In this document: piece by piece, positions 26,318 to 40,310 of the stretch
Position numbering within the stretch: position 1 is the first letter of the stretch
How the letters are laid out: every line of letters starts with the position of its first letter
Origin: Camelus ferus
Taxonomy: Eukaryota
Reading direction: 5' to 3'
Assembly: GCF_009834535.1 (NCBI RefSeq)
Contig: NC_045697.1
Span: forward strand, 110,424,001 to 110,488,000
DNA length: 64,000 nt
The notes under the pieces: generated by a model
The model's input: the letters and a program-made list of their open reading frames with translations, nothing else
Databases searched by the model: none
Told to the model about the DNA's origin: nothing
Position numbers and translations under genes: made by a program

Positions 26318-26346
<29 letters not shown>
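26318..26346. repeat. (CA)n microsatellite
   Basis: Direct reading. Confidence 0.9.
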
Positions 26347-26349
<3 letters not shown>

Positions 26350-26715
26350 CCTGCACACTTTTTTTCCTGAATCATTTGAAACTGTAAGTTGTAGACAGTG
26401 AGACACTTCAGCCCTAAACACTTCCGCATGCATCTCCTAGTAATTGGGACAACCTCCTGTGTGACCACAGCGGCACAATTGCACCCTGGAGAATTACCAT
26501 TAATGTCATCGTCTGATCTTCAGTATGTGTTTACATTTCCCGGTTGTCCTCAAACTGTCATTCAACCCAAATAGTCTAAAGGAAAATATCTGAAAACGAT
26601 TGTTATTTGTTAAATTACTTTAGCAGATTTTGAAGTGCCTTTTAGCAGTTGGCTTAATGTTGAAATTTTGTTGCCAGGTGTCAGGGCTTCCTTACAATCT
26701 TTGTAGGTTTTCATT

Positions 26716-26718
<3 letters not shown>

Positions 26719-26778
<60 letters not shown>

Positions 26779-26909
26779 TAATTTAATTTATTTTGGGGGG
26801 AGGTAATTTACTTATTTAATTTATTTATTTTTAGAGGAGGCACTGGGGGTTGAACCCAGGACCTCATGCCTGCTAAACATGCGCTCTACCACTGAACTAT
26901 ACCCTCCCC
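26719..26909 (-). mobile_element. Vic-1 type SINE with expanded (TTTA)n tail
   Basis: 15-bp TSD TAGGTTTTCATTTTA at 26704-26718 and 26915-26929. Confidence 0.9.
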
Positions 26910-28639
26910 GACCCTAGGTTTTCATTTTAGATGCATACATATATATATCTAAAACCTACATCTATATCTTTCCAGTATCATTCTGCTTCCCAGTTTAATG
27001 ATCCACCTTTCCATCCTCCATTTTTGACTATGGATGAGTATTGTGTGTTAGATGTAAGTTATCAACATTGTCTCTTCAACCAACTAATTAAAGCCTATAC
27101 GTGAGTGTATATTCTATTGTTCGAATGATAAATGTGATTTAATATCTGCCCAAGTGGATAAAGTAGCTATTTTATGGTTATATTAGAACCATTAATTAAT
27201 AAAATCTAACCCAGCACTTGAGAGGAAGGCATTTCACAGATAAAATCAATTTATGTAACATTGAAAATACTAGTGGTTAATGTCCCCTAATGAAGGACAC
27301 TGTAGAAGACACTGGGTTTTCCTAAATATAATAAAAACATAACTCCTTATCAAGGAACTGGACTTCCTAAAATAACATGGAAATGAACATGTAAATAAAA
27401 GAATTGATTAAAAAATGGAGCCCGTACATTCAGGCTGTCTGCCAAATGTAGGACTGCATTTGAGAATATTTAAACAGGAACAAGTGCCTTGACTTGTGTT
27501 GTCTCCATTGAGTTTTCATTTTTGTCTGTTTTTCCCATTTTCTTTGCTATTTCTCCTTTCTCACTCCTCTCAGTGTTGGAGAGGCCCTGGGTGCACACTT
27601 GGCCAGCCCCACCTCTCTAGCTGTGTTCCCCCTTAAGCTGAGGGATTCTTAACCTGGAGTCCACAGTCCAGGCCTCAGTGGTCTTGAAAGGGAAACACTT
27701 CTTTATTTTCACGAACCTCTAAATGAACTTTGCATTTCCTGCCATTGCAAACATAGACAACCAGACCACAGTAATGTTAGGTGTATCTGTGACTTCAGTA
27801 AAAAATTGCAGGTATTTTTATCTCATTATAGCTGTTACAGAGATCTTGAAATATTTATGCTCATGACTTCTTTGAAGTGACTGTAATTATTATGCTCACT
27901 GTTAGATTCCATTATTTAGTTATTAATAAAAAAGATTATTTTACCATAGTGTTAACTTTTAAAATATTTTGATGGTGTATTTTATTGTAATTGGTTTTCT
28001 TTATACCAATTATATACATGAAAATATATTTTAAATATACTTTATTTTATTCATTTAAAATGTCATTCAGGGAAGGAATCTGGGGGTTTTAACTGACTTT
28101 CAAAGGGGTTCACGGCACAAAAGCTTTTTAACAGTCCATACCCTAAATTGTCTCTAATCGCACAGCTTTCAATGTTATTGAAAATTCTTGCCTCCCAATT
28201 TATATTTCTTGCCGCAACCTCCCTTTTCCAGCCACTAAACTCATATCTTCAGCTGCCTGCTCAGCATTTCCTCCTGGATGTCTAATTATTACCTCCAACC
28301 TACCATGTCAGAAACCAAGCTCTCAGGTGTCACTCAGAACCTCTTTTATAGTCTTCTCCCCTCAGTAAAGGGCAACACCATTTTTCTAGTTGCTCAGGCC
28401 AAAACCCGTGGAGTCACCCTACACCCTTCTCTTTCATGAGCCACATTGATCTAGTGGCAGTTTCACTGTATCATTTAATGTACGTAGGCGCTAACCACTT
28501 CTTACCAGCTCCACACTGTCCATCCTGGTCCAAGCGATCACCTTCTCTTGCCTGGATTTTTGCAGCAGTGTCCTAACAGCACTCACGATTTCCACCACTG
28601 ACTACCCAACCCACAGTGTAGACGTGTTCACACGTACAT

Positions 28640-28640
<1 letters not shown>

Positions 28641-28681
<41 letters not shown>
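28641..28681. repeat. (CA)n microsatellite
   Basis: Direct reading. Confidence 0.9.
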
Positions 28682-28686
<5 letters not shown>

Positions 28687-29061
28687 GTGATCAAAACAGC
28701 AGCGAGGATGATCCTGTTAAGACATACTTTAATTAGATTATGCTGCTCCTCTCTTTGGAACTCTCCAGTGGCTTTCCTACTCAAAGGAAAAGCCAAGCCT
28801 TTACAATGATCCATGAGGCCCCCATCATTTGGCCCCTGACTAACTCCGTGACCCGTGTCCCACCGCACACCCTTCAATCCACTCCAACCACTTCTTGTCA
28901 TTCCTCCCATACACCAAGCGTGCTTGCACCTCACGGGCTTGGTGTTTGGTGTTTGCTGTTCCCGCTGCCTGCACACTCATCACCTTTTTGGTGCTTTATT
29001 TTTCCCCATGGCACTAATTATGACCTGAGAAATTAATTATGAATTACAAACTAATTACTTT

Positions 29062-29220
29062 TTTTGTTGTTGTTTGGTTGGTTTTGGTTGTTTGTATTTT
29101 TTTGGGGGGAGGGGAAGTAATTAGGTTTGTTTGTTTGTTTAACGGAGGTACTGGGAATTGAACCTAGGACCTCATGCATGCTAGGCATGCGCTGTACCAC
29201 AGAGCTATACCCTCCCTCCC
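29062..29220 (-). mobile_element. Vic-1 type SINE
   Basis: SINE head in reverse; approximate TSD aaa.taatt.ctttttt. Confidence 0.85.
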
Positions 29221-29630
29221 AAATTAATTGCTTTTTTTTTTGCCTTTCTTCCACCATCAGAATGTAGGTTCCGTGCAGTCAAGGACTTCGGTCTCTCTTG
29301 ACCACCGTTGTATCCTTAATGGCTACAGCAATGCCAGCCCCTATAGATACTCAGTAAATATTTGTTGAATAAATCATTTCTTCTCTTCCACACAGATTTT
29401 TCACTATCTCTAGGATATGAAGAATATGAAGGTTTTAAAATAAACTATTACTGTTTTAAATCATAGTTGTTAATTGGGAACACACTTCCATATTAACATT
29501 TTACTCAGCTCTACATTCAAGTATAGTATTTCCATAAATAGGATTTATTTTTTCAGGGCAACTATTTTTCTAATGCTTAAAGCTATGGTATAGGACCTTA
29601 ATTGGGGTCTTATTAAGAAAGTCTTAGATA

Positions 29631-29727
29631 GGGTCCTGGGTTCAATCCCTAGTACCTCCACTTAAAAAATAAATACATAAATAAGTAAATAAACCTAGTT
29701 ACCTCTGCATCCTGGCGGAAAAAGGAG

Positions 29728-29760
<33 letters not shown>

Positions 29761-29761
29761 G

Positions 29762-29793
<32 letters not shown>

Positions 29794-29839
29794 AAGAAAG
29801 AAAAGAAAGAAGGAAGGAAGGAGGGAGGGAAGGAAGGAA

Positions 29840-29893
<54 letters not shown>

Positions 29894-29990
29894 AAAGAAA
29901 GAAGGAAGGAGGGAAGGAAGGAAGGACAGGAAGGAAGGAAGGAAGGACAGGAATGAAGGAAGGAAGGACAGGAATGAAGGAAGGAAGAAA
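29631..29990 (+). mobile_element. 5'-truncated Vic-1 type SINE with about 270-bp (GAAA)n/(GGAA)n tail
   Basis: GGTCCTGGGTTCAATCCCTAGTACCTCC followed by a polypurine microsatellite; near-identical flanks aagaaag(g)tcttaga. Confidence 0.85.
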
Positions 29991-31454
29991 GGTCTTAGAC
30001 ATTTGAATTAAAATTGGTGTCCTGAAAAAATAATTAGATTTTAAGTTAAAGATATCCTCTAGAAATACAAAATTAAAAGAAAATCTGTTGTTATGATCAG
30101 CCCATTGCTATTTTAGAACTCTAGGCTGCTCACAGAATTATGTCCCAAGGGAAAAAAAATGTTTGTAATGAAGTCTTGTTCATTCTGAATTTTTCTGTGA
30201 ACATAAAAAATGATTTCCAATTTTGGCATTTTAGCATTTCTGTTATAATTACAACAAGAGGCATTAGTGGCAGCTTGTGATATTCCCTGTGCTTTCCTTG
30301 ATTCCAGCCTGCTCAAGCTAGAGCAAACCAGATAATTAGGTTCTGTTACTCTGTGATCTCTTCCAGTTCTAGTATTTTGTGATTAAATGGTATCAATGAG
30401 TAATGTGCCTTTGGAGAAACAGGATTATACACCCTTAAGAAAAAGCAATGTGCCTGCTTTTCGTTAGCTATTACTCATCGTCTTTGACATGAAAAGTGCT
30501 CAAGTATAGCAAACTGTAAGATTCTTTATCTCTTTTCAGCCAGGCCTTATCAGTGCTGCCTCCAAGGCTAACCACTTCCTACCCACCATACCCTGAGCTA
30601 AACTCCAATCTACATCACTGTCCTCTCTGCCTGGGTTGTTTCGAAAGCCTTTTGATTTCTTAGTGTCGCTCACTGCCTTTGCAACCTTGCATCTTGTCTC
30701 TACGTAAGTTCCAGAGTGAGCTTCCTGCCGTGGTTTCCCACAACCATTACAGCAGAATACAAACTCCTTCCATGGCCGCAGAGCCTCTCTGGGGAACCCT
30801 GCCCATCTCCCTGACCTCACCCTACCTCTCACTCCTTGTTCCCTGCCTTCTTGCTGCACCTCAGACATGCCAAACTCAGGGCTCTTGTTCTTTCTCTTCT
30901 GTCCTGACGTCTTCTCATGAGTTAGGTCTCAGCTCAGATGGACCTCCCCAGAGAGGCTGTCTTTAACACCACAACTGAAGCAGCAGCTCCCCTGTCACTC
31001 TCTAGCCTGTGACCCTACTTCCTGTTATCATAAAACTTACTCCTGTCTGCAGTTACATTATTTGTCATGCCTTTACCACCTTCTACAGTGTCAGCTCTTA
31101 GAAGACAAGTGATTGTTATCATGAACCACCAACTCCCCAGCACCAAAAGTAGTGCCTGGCTCACAGCAGATGTGCAGTATATTTATGTTCAACGAATGGG
31201 GGAAGGAACCGGGTGCAAATGGCAGCAAAGTGCTAACTGGGAGAATGTATCACTCTAAGCCCTTAGTCTTTAATATGATGGCTAATTCTTGTAATAAAAT
31301 AATTCCATATAATTCATTATCCTGATGCAGATTAACAAGAAAAGATTTTAAGTGAGTGTCAAAACTCTAAAAAAAAGCCAGAAGTAGATTTTGGCATACA
31401 CACACACACACACACATATACATATACACACACACACATACACATACATATACA

Positions 31455-31825
31455 CACATATATATTGCTTTACATTACATCCCTGTATTCATTTTTCTTA
31501 TAACTGGAAGTTTGTACCTTTTGACTGCCTTCATCTCAGTCCTTGCCCACCCTCTCTGGTTATCACAAATCTGATCTCTTTTTCTGTGGTTGGTTGGTTG
31601 GTTGGTTTTTGAAGTATAACTGACCTACAACGCTATGTTAGTTCCTGTTACACAACATAGTGATTTGATTTTTCTGTGCATTTGAAACTGATCACCATGG
31701 TAAGACTCGTCACTAGCCATCACCATACAAAGATGTTACATACAGAGTTATTGGCCACATTCCCCGCACTGTACATTTCATACCTGTGACTCATTTATTT
31801 TGCAGCTGGAAGTCTGTACCTCTTA
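31455..31825 (-). mobile_element. Old L1 3'UTR fragments
   Basis: ttataactggaagtttgtacc and tattggccacattcccc segments typical of L1M 3' ends. Confidence 0.65.
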
Positions 31826-34800
31826 AGTTTGTGCTCTCTTACTTTAGACACAGAGGAAGAATTGATCGGCATGAGCACATACTGGAAATCATTCTTAGAT
31901 AGATACATTTCTTAATAAGCAGTGCCAAACTTGTAAAGACCATAGTTGGTTGTCTATATTTTTGATTGTTCTAAATACTTTAAAATGTTAATGTGCTATT
32001 TTTGCTTTTTGCCATTTCTATGTATTTTATTTGCAAACAATCATAGAACCCCATGTGACCTGGATAACAGGAGTGTGCGACAGGGACTTACTGTTGGGAG
32101 CTGAAGCAGAGTTCTCGAACTGTAGAGTATTTCACTAATAGGAGGAGAGTAAGACAGACCCGCTGTTGACCTTCGTTTCACATGAAAATGACCGGAGTTT
32201 GACACCAAAATGACAGCTGGTTAAAACAGCTTGAGATTTCAAAGCGCTTGAGTATATATAAATATTATGACTGATCTCTTAAGTGTGTTGGAAAACGCTT
32301 TAAGAAAGGTCCTTGGTTTAACGGTTGGCTACATTCTCCCCTTTTGTTTGGAGGGAAATATCCTTCCCCCTCCTCCAAAAAAAAAAAAAAGTTTCATCTT
32401 CTGGACTTAGAGCAAGTAGAATAATTAAAAACATGTAGTTAAACTCTACAGAACCAAGACTGGAGGTTCATCCTCTGAATGTGACTGACCACTTTCTGCT
32501 CCAAATTAACTTTATGTAAAGAGATGCCAATAGCAATAGTATGTAGAAATTTCATCACTAATGTTTATTTTTGCTGCTTCCTTTTTCACAACAGAACCTG
32601 TTAGGGCAAGGAGAAGTCTCAGGGACCAACTGTATGTCATGACAGATCTTTCCTATAGTCTAGTCTCATGGTGTACCAAAGGGCACACCTACTATCAAAC
32701 CTCTGCTCCTTAAAATTATCTCAGCTTTTAAACAAAATCTCATTCAAGCTACTGTTTATGGTGAATATTATATAATATCTACTTGGGGTCTTCTGTGCCA
32801 TTTTCTGTGGACAAGGAAAGCTTAGGATGACAGAGTGCAGCGAATAGGAGCAAGAGTGATAAACAAAAGCCAGAATAATGTAGTTTTGTTAGTAGACAGA
32901 CTAGATTATCAGCAGTGCAGAGTTCAGGCAGAAGCTTTCCCATGAAGCTTGTAACATGTCTAAAAGACGTTAGCATCAATTAATTCAAGAAAGTGGAGTC
33001 TGACTAGAGCCGTGTAATCAGGGTGTGAGTGCAGATCTGAGGGGCAGAGAAAAGGCAGGGAGTGAAAGAAGAGGGAGACAGCATGGCTGGCTTTGGCTGA
33101 GATGCACAATTTTACTTCTGTGTTTACTGAAAAAGATAGTGAGTCCACAAGGGACAGAATTTAAACAGTACAATGGAAAGTAGAATGAGAATTGTCAGCT
33201 TCCCACCCCAACTCCCAGTCCCTGATTGCCCTCCAGAAGGTAACTCTTTCTTGTAAATCCTTCTATGTTCTATGTGTGGACAAGCATTTATATACAACTT
33301 CTTTTTGGAAAAAAAAAGTAGTATTATGTACAATGCCTCCATTTCTCACACAGATAGCATGCAAGTCATTGCTTTTTTAGTCTAATAGATTATAGTTTCA
33401 TTCTTCCTAATGTCCTCAGTTCCTTTTCACAACTACATTATATTCTGTCCTATAAATGGGACAGTCCCCTGTGATGGACATTTGAGTTGTTTCCAAGTCC
33501 TTTGATCCTATAAATGGTGCTTCAGCCATAGCCTTATATGTACGAGGTCATATATTTTTATGTCTCTTCTCAAAATATTAAGTAGAGATGGAAAGACCAG
33601 AAAATAAAAAGTTGTCCTAAATAGATTGGACAGGCCAATTTATTCTGAGACCTAGAGAAACTAACATTAAGTGGTATTGACAAGAAAGTAAAAGTTAGCT
33701 AAGATTAATTGAGCTTCCTCGCTCTGTAAGTTGATGGGAGGCAAACAGCAACATGCTTTTTGGTATTTTGGTGCTCATCTTCACAAAAACAAAAGTTCAA
33801 AGTTAAAGTAGCTAATGAAAGTGAATAAGCAGCAAATATAATGATCATCATGTAAAGCCAGCTGTTCTTTCAAGGGAAAACAATCCATTGTTGGTAGATA
33901 TTCACTTTCTACCCGCACAATACGTTGTGCGTCCGAGCCCTCTCACCGTCTCCGCCGCCACACCACAGGCACTTCGTGCAGGGCTTACTGCATGAGCTTC
34001 TCACTTGTCTCCCTGACTTCACCCTTGTCCCATTCAAGGCATTCCCGCGTGCAGCGGAGGTGATCTGCTCTCATTATAAGAGAAATACAAGCTACAAGGG
34101 GATGCCTTTGCCACCTCTTAGGGTGGCGAAGTTAAAAAATTCTGATCCTACATTTTGTTGCCAAGAAGTAGAGGATCATAGGCTTTCAACTCATCAGTGG
34201 GGGTGCAAGTTAATTCACTCATTTTGGGGAACAACTTGGCAATATCTATCCAAATTAAATGTATATAGAGACTTGCTGGCCTGCCTGTTTATTTCTGGGA
34301 ATTTAGCCTTCAGGTATCTTACAGAAGGGCAAAGTGATATATGCATATTCAATGTGGCGCATATATATATACACACATACATACACATATGTGTGTGTGT
34401 ATCTGCTGAACGTCCATCAATGGAGAACTGATTTAAAATAAAGAGTGGTATGTCCATGCAATAATATTATACTATGTAGCTTTTGGTCAGCTCTGAGCTG
34501 CTGTGAAAGGTGCTCCAAGATGGTTAAAGGAATAAAGTAAAATGCAAAACAATATGTATATTACAATTTTTGTTAAAAAAAAGAAAGGAAGAAAGAAAGA
34601 GAGAAAGTTTGGTCTGGGACAGAACTGAGTAGTTGTAAGACAAGCATGGGAGAGAGGTGATTTTTAATGAATACCCTTTATTGAACTTGATACTGTATGT
34701 AGTTTACACATTCAAGAAGAAAATGCTTTTCTTTTAAAGAGTGATCTTTAAAGAGTCAAAATATTGGGCCCAAGGCTTCTCTGCTTAGCATCTTTCTATG

Positions 34801-35812
34801 AGTTCCTTTGCGTTTAGGATTAAAACCCAGTCCAGGGTTTTAATCTCAGGAATGAGAGACTGCACGCACTTTCATGTATATTCTTCCTGTCGCCTGAAAT
34901 GCTCACTTCCTTTGCTTATGCTCTTCTTTCATCTGTGACTTTCACGGAGAAAATGTCTCCAGTCTAAATTAGACTCCCTTACTAGTCTCTCTCACAGAAG
35001 GATGAAATTATATATTTATTTGTTTGGAGATCAGTGTCTGTCCTGTGCACCACTTTTTGCTCTACCAGGCTAGGGTAGCGGGAAAAATTATTCTGCTGAG
35101 TCACAGGAGAGCTGAGTTCTGATCCTACCCCTGCAGAACTGTGGCCTGCAGCAAATCACTTCACTTCTCGGGGCTTCAGTTTTTTTCATTTGTAAAATGG
35201 GAAAACCACACTGGTTGATTTCTAAAGCCTTGTAATTGATGGTATTAGAATGCTACCAGTGTGTGGTAATCGCGTGAAATACACATAAATCTTGAATGCT
35301 GGTGTGTTCTTTCTTATAATGTGAAATACACCTAAATATTGCATGTCTGTGCTTTATGTTAATGAATGAAAGTTCAGTTAACTTCCTTCTTCAGAGTAAC
35401 TTAACTTTATGATTACTCTTCCCAGTATAATTGTTTGATTCCTTCCTTACCTTTTACAAATATGTCAAATACCTAGATATCCAGCTAACATTCCAAGATG
35501 GACTTACTATGCAGACAGGATACTCTAATATGCCAAACTCTAATTTTTTTCTTATAATAATCTCCTTGCCATGTTTTTATCCAGCATCTTTGACTTGAGT
35601 TATTAGATCACATAGCTCTTTCCTCATTCCTGTTTTGATTAAATTATGAATCCACTAGATGGTGCATATGAGCAGAGATAAAGAGGAATTAGTTCATTTT
35701 TTTCTACTCTAGCTCAAGTTAAAAGTTTCTATTTAAGGGGAAGGCTAAAAATTTCTGATTACATTTTTGGTTTTAGAGCAAAGAAAAGATGTCTCCATCA
35801 AAAAAACATAAC

Positions 35813-35950
35813 CATAGTGTGCGTGCTTAGCATGCACAAGGTCCTGGGTTCAATCCTCAGTAGCTTCATTAAATAAATAAATAATTAAATAAATAAATAA
35901 TCTAATTACCCTGCGTCCCCCCAAAATAACCAAAAATGATTTTCTTTAAT
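35813..35950 (+). mobile_element. 5'-truncated Vic-1 type SINE
   Basis: GTGCTTAGCATGCACAAGGTCCTGGGTTCAATCC + (TAAA)n. Confidence 0.8.
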
Positions 35951-36343
35951 AAATTTTAAGATTTCTGTTGGCTATTAAAATAGTTGATTCTACAAATTGA
36001 ATACTTGAACATTAGAAGAATGTTTCAAATAAATAAAATTTGACTCAATAAATGTGAGGGAACATTTTTGCCTTTTCCTCTCTTTCTGCTTTCTCAGATG
36101 TAAGAACATGACTCTCTTCTGTAAGAAGTTTTAATTGTCCAATTATTCCTCCATTCACTGACTCCTACTTAACAAATTCTGACCGTTGTTTCTCCTGTCA
36201 TTTCTGAGAACTAACAGCGCCCTGTTGTATTAGAAAATTAATCCTTTGTTACATGGGGCCACCCTGGAGTTATAGTTTGCTACTTTAGCAAATCCTTTTA
36301 TTATAAAAAGGAAAGTGTTCTAATTTTTTTTTTTCTTCTTTAG

Positions 36344-36383
36344 CACCTGGTCTGATGGCAGTGGTTGGAGGACGTCCCAAGGT
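36344..36383 (+). pseudogene. AtuA-like pseudoexon: (A)PGLMAVVGGRPK(V)
   Basis: Long polypyrimidine tract + tag acceptor, donor GT|gtaagt; 40 nt, phase 1 to 2. Continues the M-A-P-G...GGRP motif. Confidence 0.88.
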
Positions 36384-37305
36384 GTAAGTTTGCTGACCAT
36401 ACGCTGGGGTTTCTTCTATCTGTCGTTCCCCTTGGCGCAGCTTTCTGGAGGGTGAGGGCAGGGCAGATCAGGGGTCCGCGGCATGCCCTCCTGGCACATC
36501 TTGGTCACAAATCTCCTGAGACTCACGGGAGCCCTGCCAAGGTTCCTGAACAGTGAGCAGGCCTTATCTGAGAATCAACTTTGTTTTTCCTGGAGGAACC
36601 AGACAGGTGAACTGGTCCCGGGGTTAAAGTTCTCAGGAGATAAATGGCTTTTCAAAGAAATAGCATAAGGCAGAGGTAATCGATTCTTCCAATTGCTAAT
36701 TTACAATGAGGGAAATTTGATTTGTTGACAAATGAAAGACAATTCTTGGGCTTAACATAACACAATTAGAGGAACTGTGACCACCTCCCTTAGGTTTCTC
36801 CTTCTCCTGCCAGAATCCCTCGTTCAGTTTCTCCTGGCACAGAAGACAGTTCTTTGTATTTGTAGAAAGTCAAGCACGTTCTTGTACTTCGGTGGAATTT
36901 TCCGGGCTGCTTTGAGTTCTGTTCCTTTGGGATAAGGTATGGGGTGATTAGATGACTGACTCTCGGTATGTTTTTGTGTCAGTTTAATCAGGAATGTGTG
37001 ACTTCTCTCTCTTTCTGTCTAAAAGTCAGATAAGGCTGAAAAAGAAGAAAAAGATAAGGCCTTGGAAGAATTGTCTGTCCTGTTTACTCTTTCCTCTCTA
37101 CTCTCTTCTGAACCCACTTCGAGAAGGGCTTCACCAGCCACCCTTCCTCTAGAAGTGCCCCTCCTCAGGGTCTCCCACAACCTTTGGTTTCATACCGAGG
37201 TCCATTACTGTCATCTTACCTGGATGCTGAGCATTGTTTGACACTGCTAGTCACTCCTCTCCTCCTTTAAATACTTTCTTAACTTGGCTCCGAAGGTGCT
37301 GTGTC

Positions 37306-37875
37306 TTTTTTCTTTTTTTAAATTGAATTAGAGTCATTTATGATGTGTCAGTTTCTGGTGTGTAAAACAGTGTCCCAATCATACATATATATACATATAT
37401 TCATTTTCGTATCCTTTTTTCATTAAAAGTTATTACAAGATACTGAATGTAGTTCCCTGTGCTATATGGAAGAAACTTGTTTTTTGTCTGTTTTTATATA
37501 TAGTGGTTAACATTTTTAACAATGGCCATTCTGATGGTGGGAGGGGGTATACCTCATTGTAGTTTTGCATTTCTCTGATAATTAGCAATATTGAACATTT
37601 TTTCATGTGCCTATTGGCCATTTGTATGTCTTCACTGGAGAATTGCTTGGTTAGGTCTTCTGCTCATTTTTGGATTGGGTTGTTTGTTTTTTGTTATTGA
37701 GTTGTATGAGCTGTTTGTATATTCTGGAAATTAAACCTTTTGCCAGTTGCATCATTTGCAAATATTTTCTCCCATTCCATAGGTTGTCATTTTGTTTTGC
37801 TTATGGTTTCCTTTGCTGTGCAAAAGCTTCTAGGTTTGATTAGGTCCCATTTGTTTATTCTTGCTTTTATTTCAA
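37306..37875 (-). mobile_element. L1 3' end joined to an ORF2 fragment, inserted in an L2 relic
   Basis: 3'UTR-like 37306-37513, then ORF2 sequence similar to 18060-18420. Confidence 0.8.
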
Positions 37876-39510
37876 TGGCACTGTGTTTCCATGGGGGTCT
37901 CTCACCTCCTCGTCTGATCCTCCTCCATCCCCTTTGCTGAATCTTCCTCTTCCTCCCTGACTTCTAAACATGGTGGCGCCTCAAGACATAGTCTTTGCAC
38001 TTCTCTTCTCTTCCAGCGACACATACTGCCCCATGGTCTCATCTTGTCTTTAACCTTCAGATACCACCTGTATGCTAACGGCTTTCACATTTATTTCTCC
38101 AGCTTCTCTGTCTCCCTTAACCCTCAACCTCATATATCAGTTTTTTACTTAACAACTCCACTTTGGAGGCCTAGGAAACACTTCAATTTTAACATATTGC
38201 AAACTGAAGCCCACCCCACTGCCATCCAACCAAGTCCCCCTCTTCTCAGTAAATGACAACTTCAAGCCAAAAACCTTCGTGTCATCCCTGCCTGCTCCCT
38301 TTTCTCGTGCCTTATCTACAATCCTTCAGCAATAGTTCCACACCTGTGTCTTCAAAACATGTCAAAAATCTGCGCCCTGATGACCCCCACCGTGGCCACC
38401 CTGATTGCAGCCACCACCCCCTTGGTTACTGCAATAATCTCCTAACTCATGTCCCTGTTTCTACTTCCCACAATCATTGATTACCGAAAGAAGGTCATCC
38501 TTTAAAGGTGTTAAGCCAGACAATGTCTGTCCTTTGCTCCAAGTCCTTCATCTCACGTAAAGTAAAAGCCAAAGTCCTTCAAATGGTGTAGTGGGCTCTG
38601 CCCAGGCCCCGACGTCCCCTCCGACCGTCTCCCAGGCACTCGCTCTGCTTCAGCTGCCCTGCCCTCCTTTCCAGGCTGCTGGAACATCTTTGCCCTTTCT
38701 CCTCCCTCTGACTCAGAGGTTCATGGCCCTCTGCCTCACTTCAGGTCTTAGCTCAAAGGTCAAATCTCAAGAGTACAACCTGGCCACGCTATTTACTTTT
38801 GCCTAAAATCTTTGAACACTTCCTGTCCCCGTTCTGTGCTTCATTAGTCTTGAGGGCACCTGACATCTGTTTTACCTGTTTTCTTCATTATTATACTTCA
38901 TTATTATACTCTCTGCCACCCTCCCACCACCCCCCCTGCAACACACACCCTTAAATATAAGCCCCTTGAGGGCAGAAAATTCTGTTTATTTGCATTCATG
39001 GTGGTGCCCTTAACACTGGAGGGGTGCCTGCCACAGAGTAGGCCTATAATAGATATTTGTAAAATTAATGCATGATTAAAAAAAGTTTGGGATGGTTACC
39101 CTCTTGTGCTAGGATGGAAACATTCTGTTTCTAAGAGTCAAAACTGAGACTGGATGAACTTTTGCACGTTTGGTTGACTGTTCAGCAAATACTAATAGAT
39201 CATCTACGCTGTGCCAGGCCTCATCTGGGACTAAGCACAGAGAGGTGAGCAAAACAAGACCCTGTGCTCATGAAATGCCCTCTGCTTAAAATTCTATTTT
39301 GCATACAAAAAAGATATAAATAATAATATATATTCTTTCCATCAAAAACATGAAGAATAATGAGTTCTGGTGTGCCCACGTTATACCCAAAGAAATAAAA
39401 TATTATCAGTGCAGGTAAGTCCTCATTTTACTTTTCTCCAATTGCGTCTCCTTCCTTGCTGGGGTAACTGCTATCCTGAATTTGGGACTTATCCTTCCCA
39501 TGCAATTTTT

Positions 39511-39730
39511 TTAATTCTTATTTTTTATTGAAGTGTAGTCGGTTTACAATGTTAGTTTCAGGTGTACAGCAAAGTGATTCAGTTATACATATACATGCAT
39601 TTTTTTTTCAGGTTCTTTTCCATTACAGCTCATTACAGGATATTGAATATAGTTCCCTGTGCTATACAGTAGGTCCTTATTGTTTATTTTATATATAGTA
39701 GTTTGTATCTGTACATCCCAAATTCCTAAA
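39511..39730 (-). mobile_element. Short L1 3' end
   Basis: TSD CCCATGCA.TTTTT at 39497 and 39731. Confidence 0.8.
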
Positions 39731-39821
39731 CCCATGCATTTTTAAAATACTTTTGTTATACATTGACCCCTAAACCACACATATTATTGTTATGTTTAAA
39801 TGGTGTCAAAACACAGGTCTT

Positions 39822-39950
39822 GAGGGGGAGGGTATAGCTCAGTGGTAGAGCACAGGCCTAGCATGCATGAGGTCCTGGGTTCAATCCCTAGTACCTCCAT
39901 TAAATGAATAAACCTAGTTACCTCCTCCTCCCCCCCTAAAAAAAAACCAA
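39822..39950 (+). mobile_element. Vic-1 type SINE
   Basis: GGGGAGGGTATAGCTCAGTGGTAGAGCAC...; TSD-like aa(a/c)cacaggtctt on both sides. Confidence 0.9.
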
Positions 39951-40124
39951 AACCCACAGGTCTTTTTTTTTCTCAGTATTATTGTGCTATTCATCTATGT
40001 CAATACGGGTAACCATTCACTTACTCCGCTGGATAGCATTCCAGTTACTTATGCATTCCCTTGTTCATGGACGTATAGATTGTTTCCAGGTTTTTGATAT
40101 TATAAATATGATTGCCTTAACATT

Positions 40125-40310
40125 CTAGACCAATAGAAATTTCTGCCTGGATGGAAATGTCTTGTATCTGTACTCTACAATACTGCAGCCCCTAGCCACA
40201 TATGGCTTCTGAGCATTTAGAATATGGCTAGTGTGACTCTGGGACCTAACTTTTAACTACTTAATTTTAATCAATGTGGTTAATGACCACTGTATTGGAG
40301 ACCACAGTTC
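40125..40310. mobile_element. MER3-like hAT-Charlie MITE
   Basis: ccaatagaaatttctgc...tagccacatatggct...ctgtattgga pattern. Confidence 0.65.

Larger units (their letters stand above)
28150..29375. mobile_element. L2 LINE relic interrupted by (CA)n and a SINE (approximate limits)
   Basis: ctagttgctcaggccaaaac, tggatgtctaa, and 3' end ctcagtaaatatttgttgaataaat. Confidence 0.65.

Noticed and set aside
39822..39900. tRNA gene (also at 61150 and other SINE heads)
   Set aside because: tRNA-like A/B boxes are followed by SINE body, A-rich tail and TSDs; these are SINEs.
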